A stretch of DNA of 64,000 bases from Candidatus Sumerlaeaceae bacterium (lineage in GTDB: Bacteria; Sumerlaeota; Sumerlaeia; Sumerlaeales; Sumerlaeaceae), in the NCBI GenBank assembly GCA_049968255.1, contig JBMFRB010000001.1:429495-493494 (forward strand). The letters run 5' to 3'. Each line of letters opens with the position of its first letter. The stretch's first letter is position 1. Below are positions 47,254 through 57,574 of this stretch, piece by piece. The position numbers and the translations under genes are program-made. The notes beneath the pieces are model-generated. The model ran no database searches. It was not told where the DNA came from and saw nothing but the letters and a program-made list of their open reading frames with translations.

Positions 47254-48540
47254 CTAGCCGGCGGCAAGCAGGTGTTGTGCGGCGGCCCGGGCAGCCACAT
47301 AGGCACTGGACCAAGCCCATTGGAAATTAAATCCCCCTAGGCGCCCGTCCACATCGAGGATTTCGCCACAAAGATGCAGTCCGGGGATCTTGCGCGATTC
47401 GAGGGTACGCCAGCTTACTTCGTCGAGATGAACTCCGCCGGCTGTGACTTCAGCGGCGGAAAACCCTCTATCGCCGATCACACGCAGGGGCAGCGCAAAC
47501 ATGGATGCTGCGAGAGCAGACATCTCGTCGCGACGAAGCTGGCCCATGCGGCGGGTGGCAAGTATCCCCGCAAGTGCTTCTGCAAAACGCTGGGGATAGA
47601 GTTGCGCTAGTACTGCGGCCACAGTTCGGCGAGGATGGTCGGCTCTCTCGCGCTGCAGGAAAGCCGAAGCCTCATGAACGCACCCGAACTGGGGATGCCC
47701 AAGCGTGAGCTCGAGAGAGCCGCTGCCACTCCGAAGTGCACGAGTCACGTGGCGCGACAAGTCGAGGACAGCCGGCCCACTCACGCCAAAGTGGGTAAAA
47801 AGGATCGGCCCGAATGTCTCATAAGTCGCACCGTCCTGCGGGTTGATGAAACGGAGGCGACAAAGGAAGGAGATCCCCGCAAACTCTGCAAAACGCCCCC
47901 CGGCGCTTTGGTCGGGAGAGAGAACAAGAGGAACGAGCGCGGGCACAGGATCGACGACGGTGTGACCTAGCTTGCGCATCCAGTGCAGTCCAGCGCCATC
48001 GCTGCCGGATTTAGGGAGAGCAAGACCACCGGTGGCAAGAATCACACGCTTTGCAATGCATGAGCATCGGGTGAGCGCCCATTGGAGGAGAAATCCTGGC
48101 GAAATTGGTTCCAGGTTTTCGATTCTGGCCCCCGAGATGATCTTGCAGCCTCGCTCGGTGGCGCCACGCACCAAAGCATCGCGCACGGATGCTGCCTCAT
48201 AGGTGGCTGGGAAGTACTTACCCTTTTCTTCGAGCACGAGCTCGACACCGAGAGAGCGGAACCAGTCAATTGTCTGCTTCACGTTGAAGCTGCGCAGAAC
48301 ATTGCGCACGACAATGCTCGAGCTGCTCCAGAAATCGCGTTCCGTCACGATGGCGTTTGTCACATTGCACCGCCCACCGCCGCTCACCAAGATTTTGGTG
48401 CCAATGCGAGTGGCGCCCTCGAAGACCATGATGCGCAAGCGCCGCGCCGAGTCATGGGTTGCAGCAAAGATTGCAGCCGCAAGCCCAGAGGCACCTCCCC
48501 CAATAATCGCAATGTCTGTTTTGATTTGTTGTTCTTTCAC
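47254..48540 (-). CDS. HI0933/YhiN/BaiN family flavoprotein
   Basis: GGGASG, G.KILVSGGGRCNVTN, ATGG...P..GSDG.G, LFTHFG.SGP, VTAGGV, GE.LDVDG..GGFN.Q.A. Confidence 0.92.
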   Translation of the reverse strand: MKEQQIKTDIAIIGGGASGLAAAIFAATHDSARRLRIMVFEGATRIGTKILVSGGGRCNVTNAIVTERDFWSSSSIVVRNVLRSFNVKQTIDWFRSLGVELVLEEKGKYFPATYEAASVRDALVRGATERGCKIISGARIENLEPISPGFLLQWALTRCSCIAKRVILATGGLALPKSGSDGAGLHWMRKLGHTVVDPVPALVPLVLSPDQSAGGRFAEFAGISFLCRLRFINPQDGATYETFGPILFTHFGVSGPAVLDLSRHVTRALRSGSGSLELTLGHPQFGCVHEASAFLQRERADHPRRTVAAVLAQLYPQRFAEALAGILATRRMGQLRRDEMSALAASMFALPLRVIGDRGFSAAEVTAGGVHLDEVSWRTLESRKIPGLHLCGEILDVDGRLGGFNFQWAWSSAYVAARAAAQHLLAAG

Positions 48541-48685
48541 ACGTCTCGGCAGTGGCCTCTTTTTTTTCGACGTTAGCGGCGAAGGTTGATAGCGGCCAGT
48601 GACTATGGGCAGGCCTCACCGCTGCTCAAGCGCACCGGATGCCCGACCGGTTGGTGAAACCGGTCCGTTTCCGCGCCGTCATGGG

Positions 48686-51001
48686 TCATGAATTTTGGCC
48701 GGTCATTGGCGCCGCTGCCGGTTCGGGCACTACGACCGTTCCAGCCGGCTTCGAGCGCGCCTGTCCCGGTTGCGGGTAATCGACTCGGCGATGATAGCGG
48801 CTCAGGAGAGTTTTCACAAATACCTCGAAAATTTCGTGCAGGTCTTCAAAAGTCATTTTGCACTCGTCGAACTGGCCGTCGCTGAACTTGTCCTGGATGG
48901 TTTGGCGCACAAGCCGATAAACGTCTTCTTCGCGCACGATCTTCCCCGTAAGTTTTGCAGTGGCGGTGGCTTCAACTGCGTCAGCCAGCATGACGATGGC
49001 GGCCTCGCGGGTTTGAGGTTTAGGGCCTGGATAGCGGAATTCCTCTTCGTCGAGCGTACTGATTTGTGTTCCTAACTGCTGGCGCGCCTGTTCATAAAAG
49101 TATTTGATGAGCGAGGTGCCATGGTGTTGGGGTATAAAATCAATGACTTGTTGCGGGAGCCGGAAGCGGCGCGCCAACTCAATGCCTTCGCGCACGTGGT
49201 TTTTTATGATGAGGCAGCTGAGAAATGGGGACATGCGCGAGTGAATGCGGCGTTCTTCGGGGGTGACCTGGTTTTCGGTGTAATACTTAGGTTTGAGCAG
49301 TTTTCCCACGTCGTGAAAATAAGCTCCAGCGCGAACAAGAAGGTAATTGGCGCCGATACGTTCTGCGGCGGGTTCTGCAAGCTTTGTCACATTGAGGACA
49401 TGCTGATAGGAGCCTGGCGCGCGTTCTTCCATGAGACGCATAAGAGGATGTTCGATACTTGTGAGCTCCATGAGGCGCACGTCGGTGACTATGCCGAAAA
49501 GGCTTTCGATGAGGGGAAGTCCACCCACCGCCAACACGTAGCAGGCGAGGCCATTGGCCACCGCGAGAATTGCCACGTCCGCACGGATGGCCAAACGGTT
49601 GAACATCACGGCACTGACGATGGCAAGCAAGGCATTGAGGGCTGCTAGGCGCAGTCCAGCCATGAGCACCTCGCGGCGTTCGCGCACGGAGTGGAGGAAC
49701 ACAACGCCTGCGAGACCGCTCACAGCACCGACGAAGGTCGGCCAGAAGCTTCCGTGGAAGGCAAGTCCTGCAGCTAGGGCGGACACCAACGAAATGACGA
49801 TAGCCAGCTGGGGCTCGAAGAGAATAACGTCAAGCATTCCTACTAAGCCGGCCGGATAAGCAAACGTCGAAAGAACAACATCGTCGGAAAGGGTGAACAC
49901 AAACTTTCCCACCGCTAATGCAAACACCGATGGAAGCGCAAGCATCGCGATGCGCGCCGGGGTGAACAAAAAATCGCGAACATAGCGCGCGGCGAAGCCT
50001 GCGACGAATGCCATGGCTAACGCAACGATCAATGCGTTGGAAAATAAGCGCAGCGTGTCATAGCGCCGCAGCTTCTTGTCGAGCAGGCCAAGTAGCTCAA
50101 CCTGGAGAGAAGACAGTCGCTCGCCACGTGTGATGACACGGTTGCCCGCCGCGACTTCGAATTTGCGCTGAACTTTTTTGAGTGCCGCTTCGAGCGACTC
50201 AGCGGTAAGGTGTTCGCTGTAAACAATGTTGGGACGCAAGATGGGGAGCAAGAGCTCGGTGTAAGCTTTTCTCCATTCGGGCGCGACGGGCGCTCGCGCA
50301 AAAGCTCTGCGTTCGAGGAAACTCTCGACTTCTGTTGGATACTCCAGGACGCGCTCGAGGTCAAAGGTTGTGGTACGATCGAGTGCCGACGGGGCAGCGC
50401 TCAGGATTCGCAAACGCCCCGTCAATGCGGCGCCAATCAACAGACGCTTATCGTTAGTGATGCCGCGTTCGGAATAAAGGGTGCGGAGCACTTCGAGCAA
50501 ATCTGTGTGAAGGCGCGGATCGTCCGCATGGGCAATGAGAAACTCGCAAGTCGGGTGGGAAAGCTCCACGCCGTATGCGGTTCGCAGTTTCTTCTGAAAA
50601 ACCGACTGAGAGCTAGGTAGATCGCGAGCTTTGCTCGCCTCGTTCAAAACGCGTTCAAGGAGTTCTACTGTGCCGTGCTCGACAGCTACATCGTGGACAA
50701 AGATTTTCGCGTGTTGAGAGCGAATTTCTGCCTCATCTCGTGCAACTTGTTCCGTATCCTCGACGGCAAGGGCGAAGGGGGTCACGACATCGCCTTCCGT
50801 CCATTCTTGGCCGACCTCGGCCCGAAAGGGCGTGAATCGGGGAATGGGACCGACAATGACAACAAGCCCAAGCCATACGACGATCACTGTGGCCCACCGC
50901 ATGAGCGAATCGAGGCGCGAGGCCAAGGGCGATTTGGGCGACCGCCCGGCTACATTGCGGCTCTCGACGGTGCGACGCGCTCTGTCAACTAGCTTGCCCA
51001 T
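48686..51001 (-). CDS. 7TM-HD phosphohydrolase (PgpH/YqfF-like)
   Basis: N-terminal TM, extracellular domain, about 7 TM helices, then APGSYQH, YFHDVGK, ENQ, QHHGT, YPGPKP, MLAD.VEA. Confidence 0.88.
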   Translation of the reverse strand: MGKLVDRARRTVESRNVAGRSPKSPLASRLDSLMRWATVIVVWLGLVVIVGPIPRFTPFRAEVGQEWTEGDVVTPFALAVEDTEQVARDEAEIRSQHAKIFVHDVAVEHGTVELLERVLNEASKARDLPSSQSVFQKKLRTAYGVELSHPTCEFLIAHADDPRLHTDLLEVLRTLYSERGITNDKRLLIGAALTGRLRILSAAPSALDRTTTFDLERVLEYPTEVESFLERRAFARAPVAPEWRKAYTELLLPILRPNIVYSEHLTAESLEAALKKVQRKFEVAAGNRVITRGERLSSLQVELLGLLDKKLRRYDTLRLFSNALIVALAMAFVAGFAARYVRDFLFTPARIAMLALPSVFALAVGKFVFTLSDDVVLSTFAYPAGLVGMLDVILFEPQLAIVISLVSALAAGLAFHGSFWPTFVGAVSGLAGVVFLHSVRERREVLMAGLRLAALNALLAIVSAVMFNRLAIRADVAILAVANGLACYVLAVGGLPLIESLFGIVTDVRLMELTSIEHPLMRLMEERAPGSYQHVLNVTKLAEPAAERIGANYLLVRAGAYFHDVGKLLKPKYYTENQVTPEERRIHSRMSPFLSCLIIKNHVREGIELARRFRLPQQVIDFIPQHHGTSLIKYFYEQARQQLGTQISTLDEEEFRYPGPKPQTREAAIVMLADAVEATATAKLTGKIVREEDVYRLVRQTIQDKFSDGQFDECKMTFEDLHEIFEVFVKTLLSRYHRRVDYPQPGQARSKPAGTVVVPEPAAAPMTGQNS

Positions 51002-51046
51002 GGCGTAGGCGGAAAGCCAAATCTCCCGGAGGTTTATAACCTCAGC

Positions 51047-52129
51047 TTAGCTTTGCGGTACAATTTTCACCGGCTCTGGTGACGCAGTGTCATCGGCCGA
51101 TGGCTCTTCCGCAAGCATTTCCGGACGACCGCCGCGCCGATATCCTAAAGGGAGCTCAGGTTGGGTGGTGCTGGCACGCTCGGCTGCGTCGTAGGCGCGA
51201 ATGATTTTCTGGATGAGCTCATGGCGGACCACGTCTGTCTCGTCGAAACGCACGAATTCAATGCCCTCGATGTTGCCTAACACGCGGTGCGCGTGGACGA
51301 GTCCCGATTCCTTGCCCGCCGGCAAGTCAATCTGCGTAACATCGCCTGTGATCACTGCTTTCGAGTCATTGCCCAGACGCGTGAGAAACATTTTCATCTG
51401 TTCAACAGAGGTGTTCTGCCCCTCATCAAGGATAACAAACGCACTATTGAGCGTGCGGCCACGCATAAACGCCAGCGGAGCTATCTCTACTGTGCCATTT
51501 TCGATGAGCTGACGTGCGCGCTCGGGGTCCACCATGTCGTAGAGGGCGTCGTAAAGTGGGCGCACAAACGGATCAAATTTTGCGGCAATGTCACCTGGGA
51601 GAAAGCCAAGCTTTTCTCCTGCTTCCACTGCCGGGCGGACAAGGATGATCCGGCGCACCTGGCTGGTGATAAGGTAATGCACAGCCATCGCCATGGCAAG
51701 ATAAGTTTTGCCAGTTCCAGCAGGGCCGATGGCAAAAACGATGTCGCAACGCCTTATGGCATCCAGATAGTGCTTCTGATGCGCAGTCATTGGGGCGACG
51801 CCACGTTTTTTCAGCGGAAGTGTTACGCGGTCGGAGAAAATTTGGTGCAGATCCTCATCTCGCTCTTGTTTGATACTTTCCACAGCATAGCGAATCTGGC
51901 GTTTTGTCAGGCCGTTTTTCGTGCGGGAGAAATTCAACAGATGCTCGATAAGGCGGCAGGCTTGCTCGACCTTCGGCGCGTCGCCAATAATTTTGAGGGT
52001 TGTTCCGCGCGGGACAATGCGTACTTCGAATTGAGCTTCCAGCTCGCGCAGTTTTTCGTCGTTCTTGCCGCAGAAATCGAGGATTTCCGAGGCACCTAAT
52101 TCGACAATCTGCTCAAAAAGTTCCGTCAA
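51047..52129 (-). CDS. phoH: PhoH family ATPase
   Basis: GPAGTGKT, RPAVEAGEKLGFLPGD, PLAFMRGRT, LDEGQN, GD.TQIDL, VVRH. Confidence 0.95.
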   Translation of the reverse strand: MTELFEQIVELGASEILDFCGKNDEKLRELEAQFEVRIVPRGTTLKIIGDAPKVEQACRLIEHLLNFSRTKNGLTKRQIRYAVESIKQERDEDLHQIFSDRVTLPLKKRGVAPMTAHQKHYLDAIRRCDIVFAIGPAGTGKTYLAMAMAVHYLITSQVRRIILVRPAVEAGEKLGFLPGDIAAKFDPFVRPLYDALYDMVDPERARQLIENGTVEIAPLAFMRGRTLNSAFVILDEGQNTSVEQMKMFLTRLGNDSKAVITGDVTQIDLPAGKESGLVHAHRVLGNIEGIEFVRFDETDVVRHELIQKIIRAYDAAERASTTQPELPLGYRRGGRPEMLAEEPSADDTASPEPVKIVPQS

Positions 52130-52428
52130 TGTCTGGTGTTTTTACCTCCTCCGTATCCCCGACTGACGGCCGTTCGGAGTCGACGGGGCATTTGTTTGTT
52201 TTCAATAGTAACTACAGTAAGGGGCAGCACCGATTCAAAAGGGGAAGCCACATTAAATTCCACTGAAAGCTCGTCGGTGAAGTGCTCAGGAATTTTTGTT
52301 TTGAAGTGGGTAGGGCTGCTGTCGTCTAATACGAAGCAATTCAAGGAGGCTGGCCCAGGCGTAAGCTCGGAAATACCTTCAGGATATGATGGAAGCCTCA
52401 CGAGGAAAACGACGCAAAAGGAAGTGCG

Positions 52429-53904
52429 ATGCGAATTCTCTTGGTATCGTCGGAAGTCGAGCCGTTTGCAAAAACTGGAGGGCTCGCTGATGTTGCGGGA
52501 AGTCTGCCGCTGGAACTTGCGCGGCTAGGCCACGATGTGCGCGTGGCCATGCCGAAATATCGCGCGGTGGATGAATTGCGTTTCAATCTCGTCCCAATTC
52601 TCGATGAGATCATTGTGCGGCTGGGCGACACTTCTTACCTGACGCAAATCAAGCGCTCTTACTTTCCGAAAACTCAGGTGCCCGTTTACTTTGTCCAATG
52701 TCACAGCTGTTTCGACCGTGACGGCCTCTATCAGGAAAATGGCGTAGATTATCATGACAACGAAGTGCGTTTCGGGGTTTTCTGCAAAGCGGTGATTTGG
52801 TTGCTTAAGGCCCTGGATTGGATGCCAGACGTTATTCATTGCAATGATTGGCAAACCGCGCTAATCCCCATTTTCCTGCACAATGACTCCGAAGTTGCAG
52901 CTGCTGACCCAGCATTCACGCGAATGAAGGTCTTGTATACGATACACAATTTGGCTTATCAAGGGCTCTTCGAACTGGACTCGCTGAAACGGCTTGGGCT
53001 GCCACTGTCGTTGTTCACGCCAGAGAAACTCGAGTTTTATGGCAAGATCAACTTGATGAAGGGCGGCATTGTGTTCGCCGATGCTGTTTCTACAGTCAGT
53101 CGCCGTTATGCGGAAGAAATCCAGACACCTGAATTTGGGTGTGGCTTGGACGGTTTGCTGCGGCAGCGGCGCGACCGTCTCTACGGGATCATGAATGGCA
53201 TAGACTATACTATTTGGGATCCGCAGAGGGATCCGCACTTGCCGGTGCACTATAGCCCCAAATCGCTTGGCGGAAAGACGCGCTGCAAGAAGGCGCTGCA
53301 AAAGGAATTGGGCCTCGAGGAGAACACAGACATACCGCTGGTGGCCATGATTTCCAGGCTCGACCCGCAGAAGGGATTTGATCTCGTCGTGGAAGCTCTG
53401 GAGGCCATCATGGCCGAAAACCTTCAATTTGTGCTACTCGGCACAGGCCAACCACGCTACCATGAGATTTTCGGGGAAGCGGCGAAACGCTGGCCAGGCC
53501 GGATGAGCGTGAATCTACGCCTGGACGTACCGCTGTCGCATCGCATCGAGGCAGGCGCTGATATTTTCCTTATGCCCTCGCGCTACGAACCGTGCGGACT
53601 CAATCAGCTTTATTCGATGCGCTATGGGACGATTCCCGTGGTTCGCCACACGGGTGGCCTTGCGGATTCTGTGACAGACGCCTGCGAAACGAACATTAAA
53701 GCCGGCACAGCCACAGGTTTTGTGTTCGAAGACTTCAGCGCCCACGCTATGATGGAGGCGCTGCGGCGCGCCTTTAGTGCGTATAAGAAAAAGCCGCTCT
53801 GGCGACAACTCCAACGCACAGCTATGGCTCAAGACTTCTCCTGGCATGCTTCGGCGAAAAAATACGAAGATCTTTTCACTAAAATGACCAGTGGACAGGT
53901 GTGA
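52429..53904 (+). CDS. glgA: Glycogen synthase
   Basis: KTGGLADV, HCNDWQ, TIHNLAYQG, NGID, SRL..QKG, PSRYEPCGLNQ. Confidence 0.96.
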   Translation: MRILLVSSEVEPFAKTGGLADVAGSLPLELARLGHDVRVAMPKYRAVDELRFNLVPILDEIIVRLGDTSYLTQIKRSYFPKTQVPVYFVQCHSCFDRDGLYQENGVDYHDNEVRFGVFCKAVIWLLKALDWMPDVIHCNDWQTALIPIFLHNDSEVAAADPAFTRMKVLYTIHNLAYQGLFELDSLKRLGLPLSLFTPEKLEFYGKINLMKGGIVFADAVSTVSRRYAEEIQTPEFGCGLDGLLRQRRDRLYGIMNGIDYTIWDPQRDPHLPVHYSPKSLGGKTRCKKALQKELGLEENTDIPLVAMISRLDPQKGFDLVVEALEAIMAENLQFVLLGTGQPRYHEIFGEAAKRWPGRMSVNLRLDVPLSHRIEAGADIFLMPSRYEPCGLNQLYSMRYGTIPVVRHTGGLADSVTDACETNIKAGTATGFVFEDFSAHAMMEALRRAFSAYKKKPLWRQLQRTAMAQDFSWHASAKKYEDLFTKMTSGQV

Positions 53905-53912
53905 TTGGTTTG

Positions 53913-54719
53913 CTACACGCGAAATTCTCGCCTGGCGTACACCACACACGCGAGGACGAGACCGCCAAGCCCCACTCCCATGAAAAGACTCCACGTGGCT
54001 AGGGGCAGGGATTTATGGGCGAGAATTTCGATTGGCTTGTAGTGATTGAAAAGGGAAAGGCGTGCCCATGGTCTGGCGGCGTCCCAAAGTTGGGCCACAA
54101 AATTTCCCACATACATCGCAAGCAGGACGCTCACGCTCCAGCCTGCGGCATCCGAACGCGTGTCGGCGATCGCCGAGAAGAAAAGACTTCCTCCCGCGAC
54201 AGCAAAACCAAGCGCAAATAGGGCCAGACCCAGTTGCAAAAGCTGCGTGGCTGACGGCAAAGTGTAACCAAGCCGGGTGAAGCCAAGGATGGTGCCCAGA
54301 ATCGCCGACGTCGAAGCGACAGCGAGCCAAACGAGCGGCGTGGCGAACGCATAGGCCGGTAGGAGCGGCCGTGCTATTGGACGCGCCAAGAGATGGGTGA
54401 TCGTGAGGCGCTCGACCTGACCAACAAGAAATTCGACAGTGCAGGTGACGGCGAGTGCACAAATGACAATCAACACAAAGGGATGTTGATACGCAAGTGT
54501 CAGGATTCCAGCCACCGAATCAGGGGCGAGGCGATCCATCCCCAAAAAACTTTGTACGGCCTTTGGAATCACCCGCATCAGGAGCGTGGGCGCTCCTTCG
54601 AGGTTGAGAATGAAGCCGCGATAAACAAACGCCATCATGTAGTGAAAGCCAAAAAGCGCTAATGCGGCGAGTATTCCGGTCGGTGAGCTCCGACGCAGAT
54701 AATAGCGCAGGAGAATCAT
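53913..54719 (-). CDS. ABC-2 type transporter permease
   Basis: Six TM helices, E......LLARPI.R motif; directly follows the ABC ATPase. Confidence 0.8.
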   Translation of the reverse strand: MILLRYYLRRSSPTGILAALALFGFHYMMAFVYRGFILNLEGAPTLLMRVIPKAVQSFLGMDRLAPDSVAGILTLAYQHPFVLIVICALAVTCTVEFLVGQVERLTITHLLARPIARPLLPAYAFATPLVWLAVASTSAILGTILGFTRLGYTLPSATQLLQLGLALFALGFAVAGGSLFFSAIADTRSDAAGWSVSVLLAMYVGNFVAQLWDAARPWARLSLFNHYKPIEILAHKSLPLATWSLFMGVGLGGLVLACVVYARREFRV

Positions 54720-55678
54720 TATGCTCCGTCCTTCGGTAACCGATAGTAATCGAGAAGGTGTTCAAGCGCGGCGGACTCAATACGGACATCTGCGATGGGC
54801 AAATGGGTGAGTTCGTGGAGCACGTCTGGCACCACATCAGGCTCAATGCGATAAACGAGCCAGCCGTTCTCTTCGCGGAGTAAATCGGCAAACGGCAATC
54901 GGGGCGCACGCGCAGGTTGGGAATGCGCCGCGTGGTCCATCTTTATGTAAAGTAGCCGATGGGCAGTGTCAGTGAACTCAGCAACGCGAAAACAGTTGAG
55001 CAACTTTCCCTCGCTGAGTACGGCGATACGATCGCAAAGTTGCAGCGCTTCGCTCAGGACATGCGTGGAGAAGAGGATAGCGGTCCTCGATGTCGCTCGC
55101 TCCCGAAGGATCTCATAAAGAACTTGCTGGGCAACAGGGTCGAGTGCAGTGGTCGGTTCATCCAAGATCACAAGTTCCGGATCGTGCTGGAGCGCGGCAA
55201 TCAAGCCGAGCTTTTGCTTCATTCCGCGGGAGTACTTGCGGATGGTGAGTCGCAAATCGGCCGCGCTCAGCTGGAAGCGCTCGCACAGCTCGTTGCGCCT
55301 ATTGACAGGAACACGTGAAAGCTTGCCGAGCAGTTCAAGCAGGCGAGCACCGGTTTGCGCTTCGTCGAAAGCGAGATCACCCGGCAGATAACCGATTCGC
55401 CGCCGTATGAAGCACGCACGCCAAGAACGAGGCGCGATGCCGAATAGTGTGACGTGGCCTTTTGAAGGACGAATGAAGCCAAGAATGGCGCGAAGGGCTG
55501 TTGTTTTCCCTGCGCCGTTGGGACCGAGCAGACCCAAAATCTCCCCTGAATGAAGTTCCAGATCAAGGGCAGTCAATGCAGGGCGCGGTCCATAATGTTT
55601 CGTGAGCGCGACTGCATGCACGACAGGCTTGGAACTGGGGGCAGGTGCTTCAAGATGCTCTTCCATGTAAGGCTTCAT
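54719..55678 (-). CDS. ABC transporter ATP-binding protein
   Basis: GPNGAGKTT, YSRGMKQK, ILDEPT..LDP, STH. Confidence 0.93.
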   Translation of the reverse strand: MKPYMEEHLEAPAPSSKPVVHAVALTKHYGPRPALTALDLELHSGEILGLLGPNGAGKTTALRAILGFIRPSKGHVTLFGIAPRSWRACFIRRRIGYLPGDLAFDEAQTGARLLELLGKLSRVPVNRRNELCERFQLSAADLRLTIRKYSRGMKQKLGLIAALQHDPELVILDEPTTALDPVAQQVLYEILRERATSRTAILFSTHVLSEALQLCDRIAVLSEGKLLNCFRVAEFTDTAHRLLYIKMDHAAHSQPARAPRLPFADLLREENGWLVYRIEPDVVPDVLHELTHLPIADVRIESAALEHLLDYYRLPKDGA

Positions 55679-56079
55679 TCCTCCCAGCCAAAGGCGTCGC
55701 GATGTAACTCCAGCATTTCGATCCGTCCGTCGGGGCGCAGAATTACGCTCACAATATCAAACGTCGAAGGCGAGGGCTGGCGAAAAGACCTAAGATAGTG
55801 CCGAGCAGCTCGGCGGATATGGCGGCGCTTCTCGCTATCGACCGCATCTTCGGGGGCGAATTTGTCGAGTGTGGAGCGCGTTTTGACTTCCACAAAATGC
55901 AAGCGATCATTGCGCTCGGCGATGATGTCGATCTCGCCCGCGGGACACCGATAATTCCGCTCAATGATGCGAAACCCCTCGTTTGCAAGAAAACGCGCAG
56001 CGATTTCTTCGCCTTTGTCTCCAAGCTGGCGATTGAGGGTATCGCGCTGTTCTTGATCGTGGCGCCCCATCGTGGCCAT
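55675..56079 (-). CDS. yraN: YraN (UPF0102) family protein
   Basis: LG..GE..A..FL...G.RIIERNYR...GEIDII......FVEVKTR, FD.V. Confidence 0.92.
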   Translation of the reverse strand: MATMGRHDQEQRDTLNRQLGDKGEEIAARFLANEGFRIIERNYRCPAGEIDIIAERNDRLHFVEVKTRSTLDKFAPEDAVDSEKRRHIRRAARHYLRSFRQPSPSTFDIVSVILRPDGRIEMLELHRDAFGWEE

Positions 56080-56141
56080 GATATCTCACAGCTCCCTTGC
56101 CCTGAGTCAAGAAACCAAGATCGCAGCCAGCACCGGGTGGT

Positions 56142-57332
56142 TCAAAGGATGTTGATGTCGCGCTTGCACTCGATGTTGTCGTAGCCGTGTGGGTTGCATG
56201 CGGCACAAGTGGGATGCAGCTTGAGACGGGCGAGCGAACGGCGCAACTCGAGGTATGGCCGGCTATTCCAAATCTCTAGAAAATCCTGCTCCCGCAAATT
56301 ACCGAATGCTTTGCCATAGTAACCACATGGGTGAAGCGACCCATCAGGATAGATCTGCACTGCGCGCCAAGGAGCCTCACAAAAAGTGGAATATTCCCCT
56401 CTAATGTCATCGCCCGAGCGGCTTTCGAAAGGCGGAAGCTCATAGGGGGCGAGACGCTCATCTTGCACGGGAAGCAGGAGATAGATACCCAGCTCGTAGG
56501 CGCGGCGCTTGGCCTCCACCAAAATGGGCATGACGGTTTCCCAATCTTCAATAGCTTGGTCGAGACCGGAGGTCATTGGGAGATAGCGAATTGCCTCGAT
56601 CACCACGGCTCCGACACGTTTCGCGAAGTCCACAAGCAAGGGGAGTTCCGCCACTGTGGATTTCATAAGGACCATGTTGAGCTGGATGTAAGGACGTGGC
56701 GTGCCGCGGTCAGCTTTGACGGCGGCCAGAGTCTCAAGATTCTCGACGAGTTTCTCCCAGCGCGCGTTGACGCGAATGCCCTCGTAGGTCTCTTTCGTGG
56801 CGCCGTCAATCGAAACAGCAATGGACTCGATCCGAGGATTCTCGACAAGGCGTTCGCAGCGGCGGCGCGTGAGAAGTGTGCCATTAGTGACGAAGCCCAC
56901 ACGGGGACATTTCCCCTCGCCGACGATGTCGAGGATTTCATCAAAATGACGCGACATGAGGGGTTCATATTGGCAGGCTAGTGACACCGTCTGCGCGTAG
57001 CAGAAGACTTGGTCGACAATTTTGCGGAAGAGCGCCGGCTCCATGTCGAACTTGGGCTGCCTCACTGTGGCTGGGTAAAAGCACATTTTGCACAGGAGAT
57101 TGCATTTGTTCGTAATATCCATGCGCACGCGCAACGAACCCACAGTGGGCTCGTGGCGGTATGACCCGAGCGGATCGCGAAGATCTTCGATGAACGATCG
57201 CAACATCGCTGTGCAAAAGCGTACTTGTGCGGCACGGTTTTGTTCGCAAATTGAACGATGCGAAATGTTTTGGCTAACGCTGTTCCGATCTCCCCATAGG
57301 CGACGATTGGCCGCACGTCGGTAAAAACGCAT
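56142..57332 (-). CDS. Radical SAM protein with C-terminal SPASM/twitch domain
   Basis: CNLLCKMC, TNG.LL, SIDG, FC.APW...I.PDG...PC...GNL....EIWN...C..C. The start may be the ATG at 57206. Confidence 0.88.
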   Translation of the reverse strand: MRFYRRAANRRLWGDRNSVSQNISHRSICEQNRAAQVRFCTAMLRSFIEDLRDPLGSYRHEPTVGSLRVRMDITNKCNLLCKMCFYPATVRQPKFDMEPALFRKIVDQVFCYAQTVSLACQYEPLMSRHFDEILDIVGEGKCPRVGFVTNGTLLTRRRCERLVENPRIESIAVSIDGATKETYEGIRVNARWEKLVENLETLAAVKADRGTPRPYIQLNMVLMKSTVAELPLLVDFAKRVGAVVIEAIRYLPMTSGLDQAIEDWETVMPILVEAKRRAYELGIYLLLPVQDERLAPYELPPFESRSGDDIRGEYSTFCEAPWRAVQIYPDGSLHPCGYYGKAFGNLREQDFLEIWNSRPYLELRRSLARLKLHPTCAACNPHGYDNIECKRDINIL

Positions 57333-57487
57333 TCGAGACTAATGGCTTTCTCGCTGTTTCCTGAGGAGTCGGGCTGCTGCAGCGTTTCCCTAATTACCCC
57401 CCAAGGTCAGCGAGAGTCGCTAGCATCGAAATCAGTGCAGATGTGCACAGAGGAAAGAATTGAACTCGGCTAACGGAAACTGAAGGC

Positions 57488-57540
57488 GCCGGCTACTTGG
57501 ACGGTGGGAACATTCGACATGTGGCCCCCAAGCAGCCGGC
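57488..57540 (-). repeat. 13-bp hairpin downstream of the exported-protein gene
   Basis: Minus strand GCCGGCTGCTTGG...CCAAGTAGCCGGC; one G-U pair on the minus strand, an A-C mismatch on the plus strand. Confidence 0.5.
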
Positions 57541-57574
57541 TCTGCAGGTCTGGCACTGCTACACCGACAAAGAA

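Noticed and set aside
52126-52401. 91-aa ORF overlapping the phoH start
   Set aside because: No motif or convincing RBS; phoH has its own GGAGG RBS, and the gap must hold divergent promoters.
57333-57574. RiPP precursor for the SPASM enzyme
   Set aside because: No small ORF with an RBS and precursor-like composition could be identified by eye.
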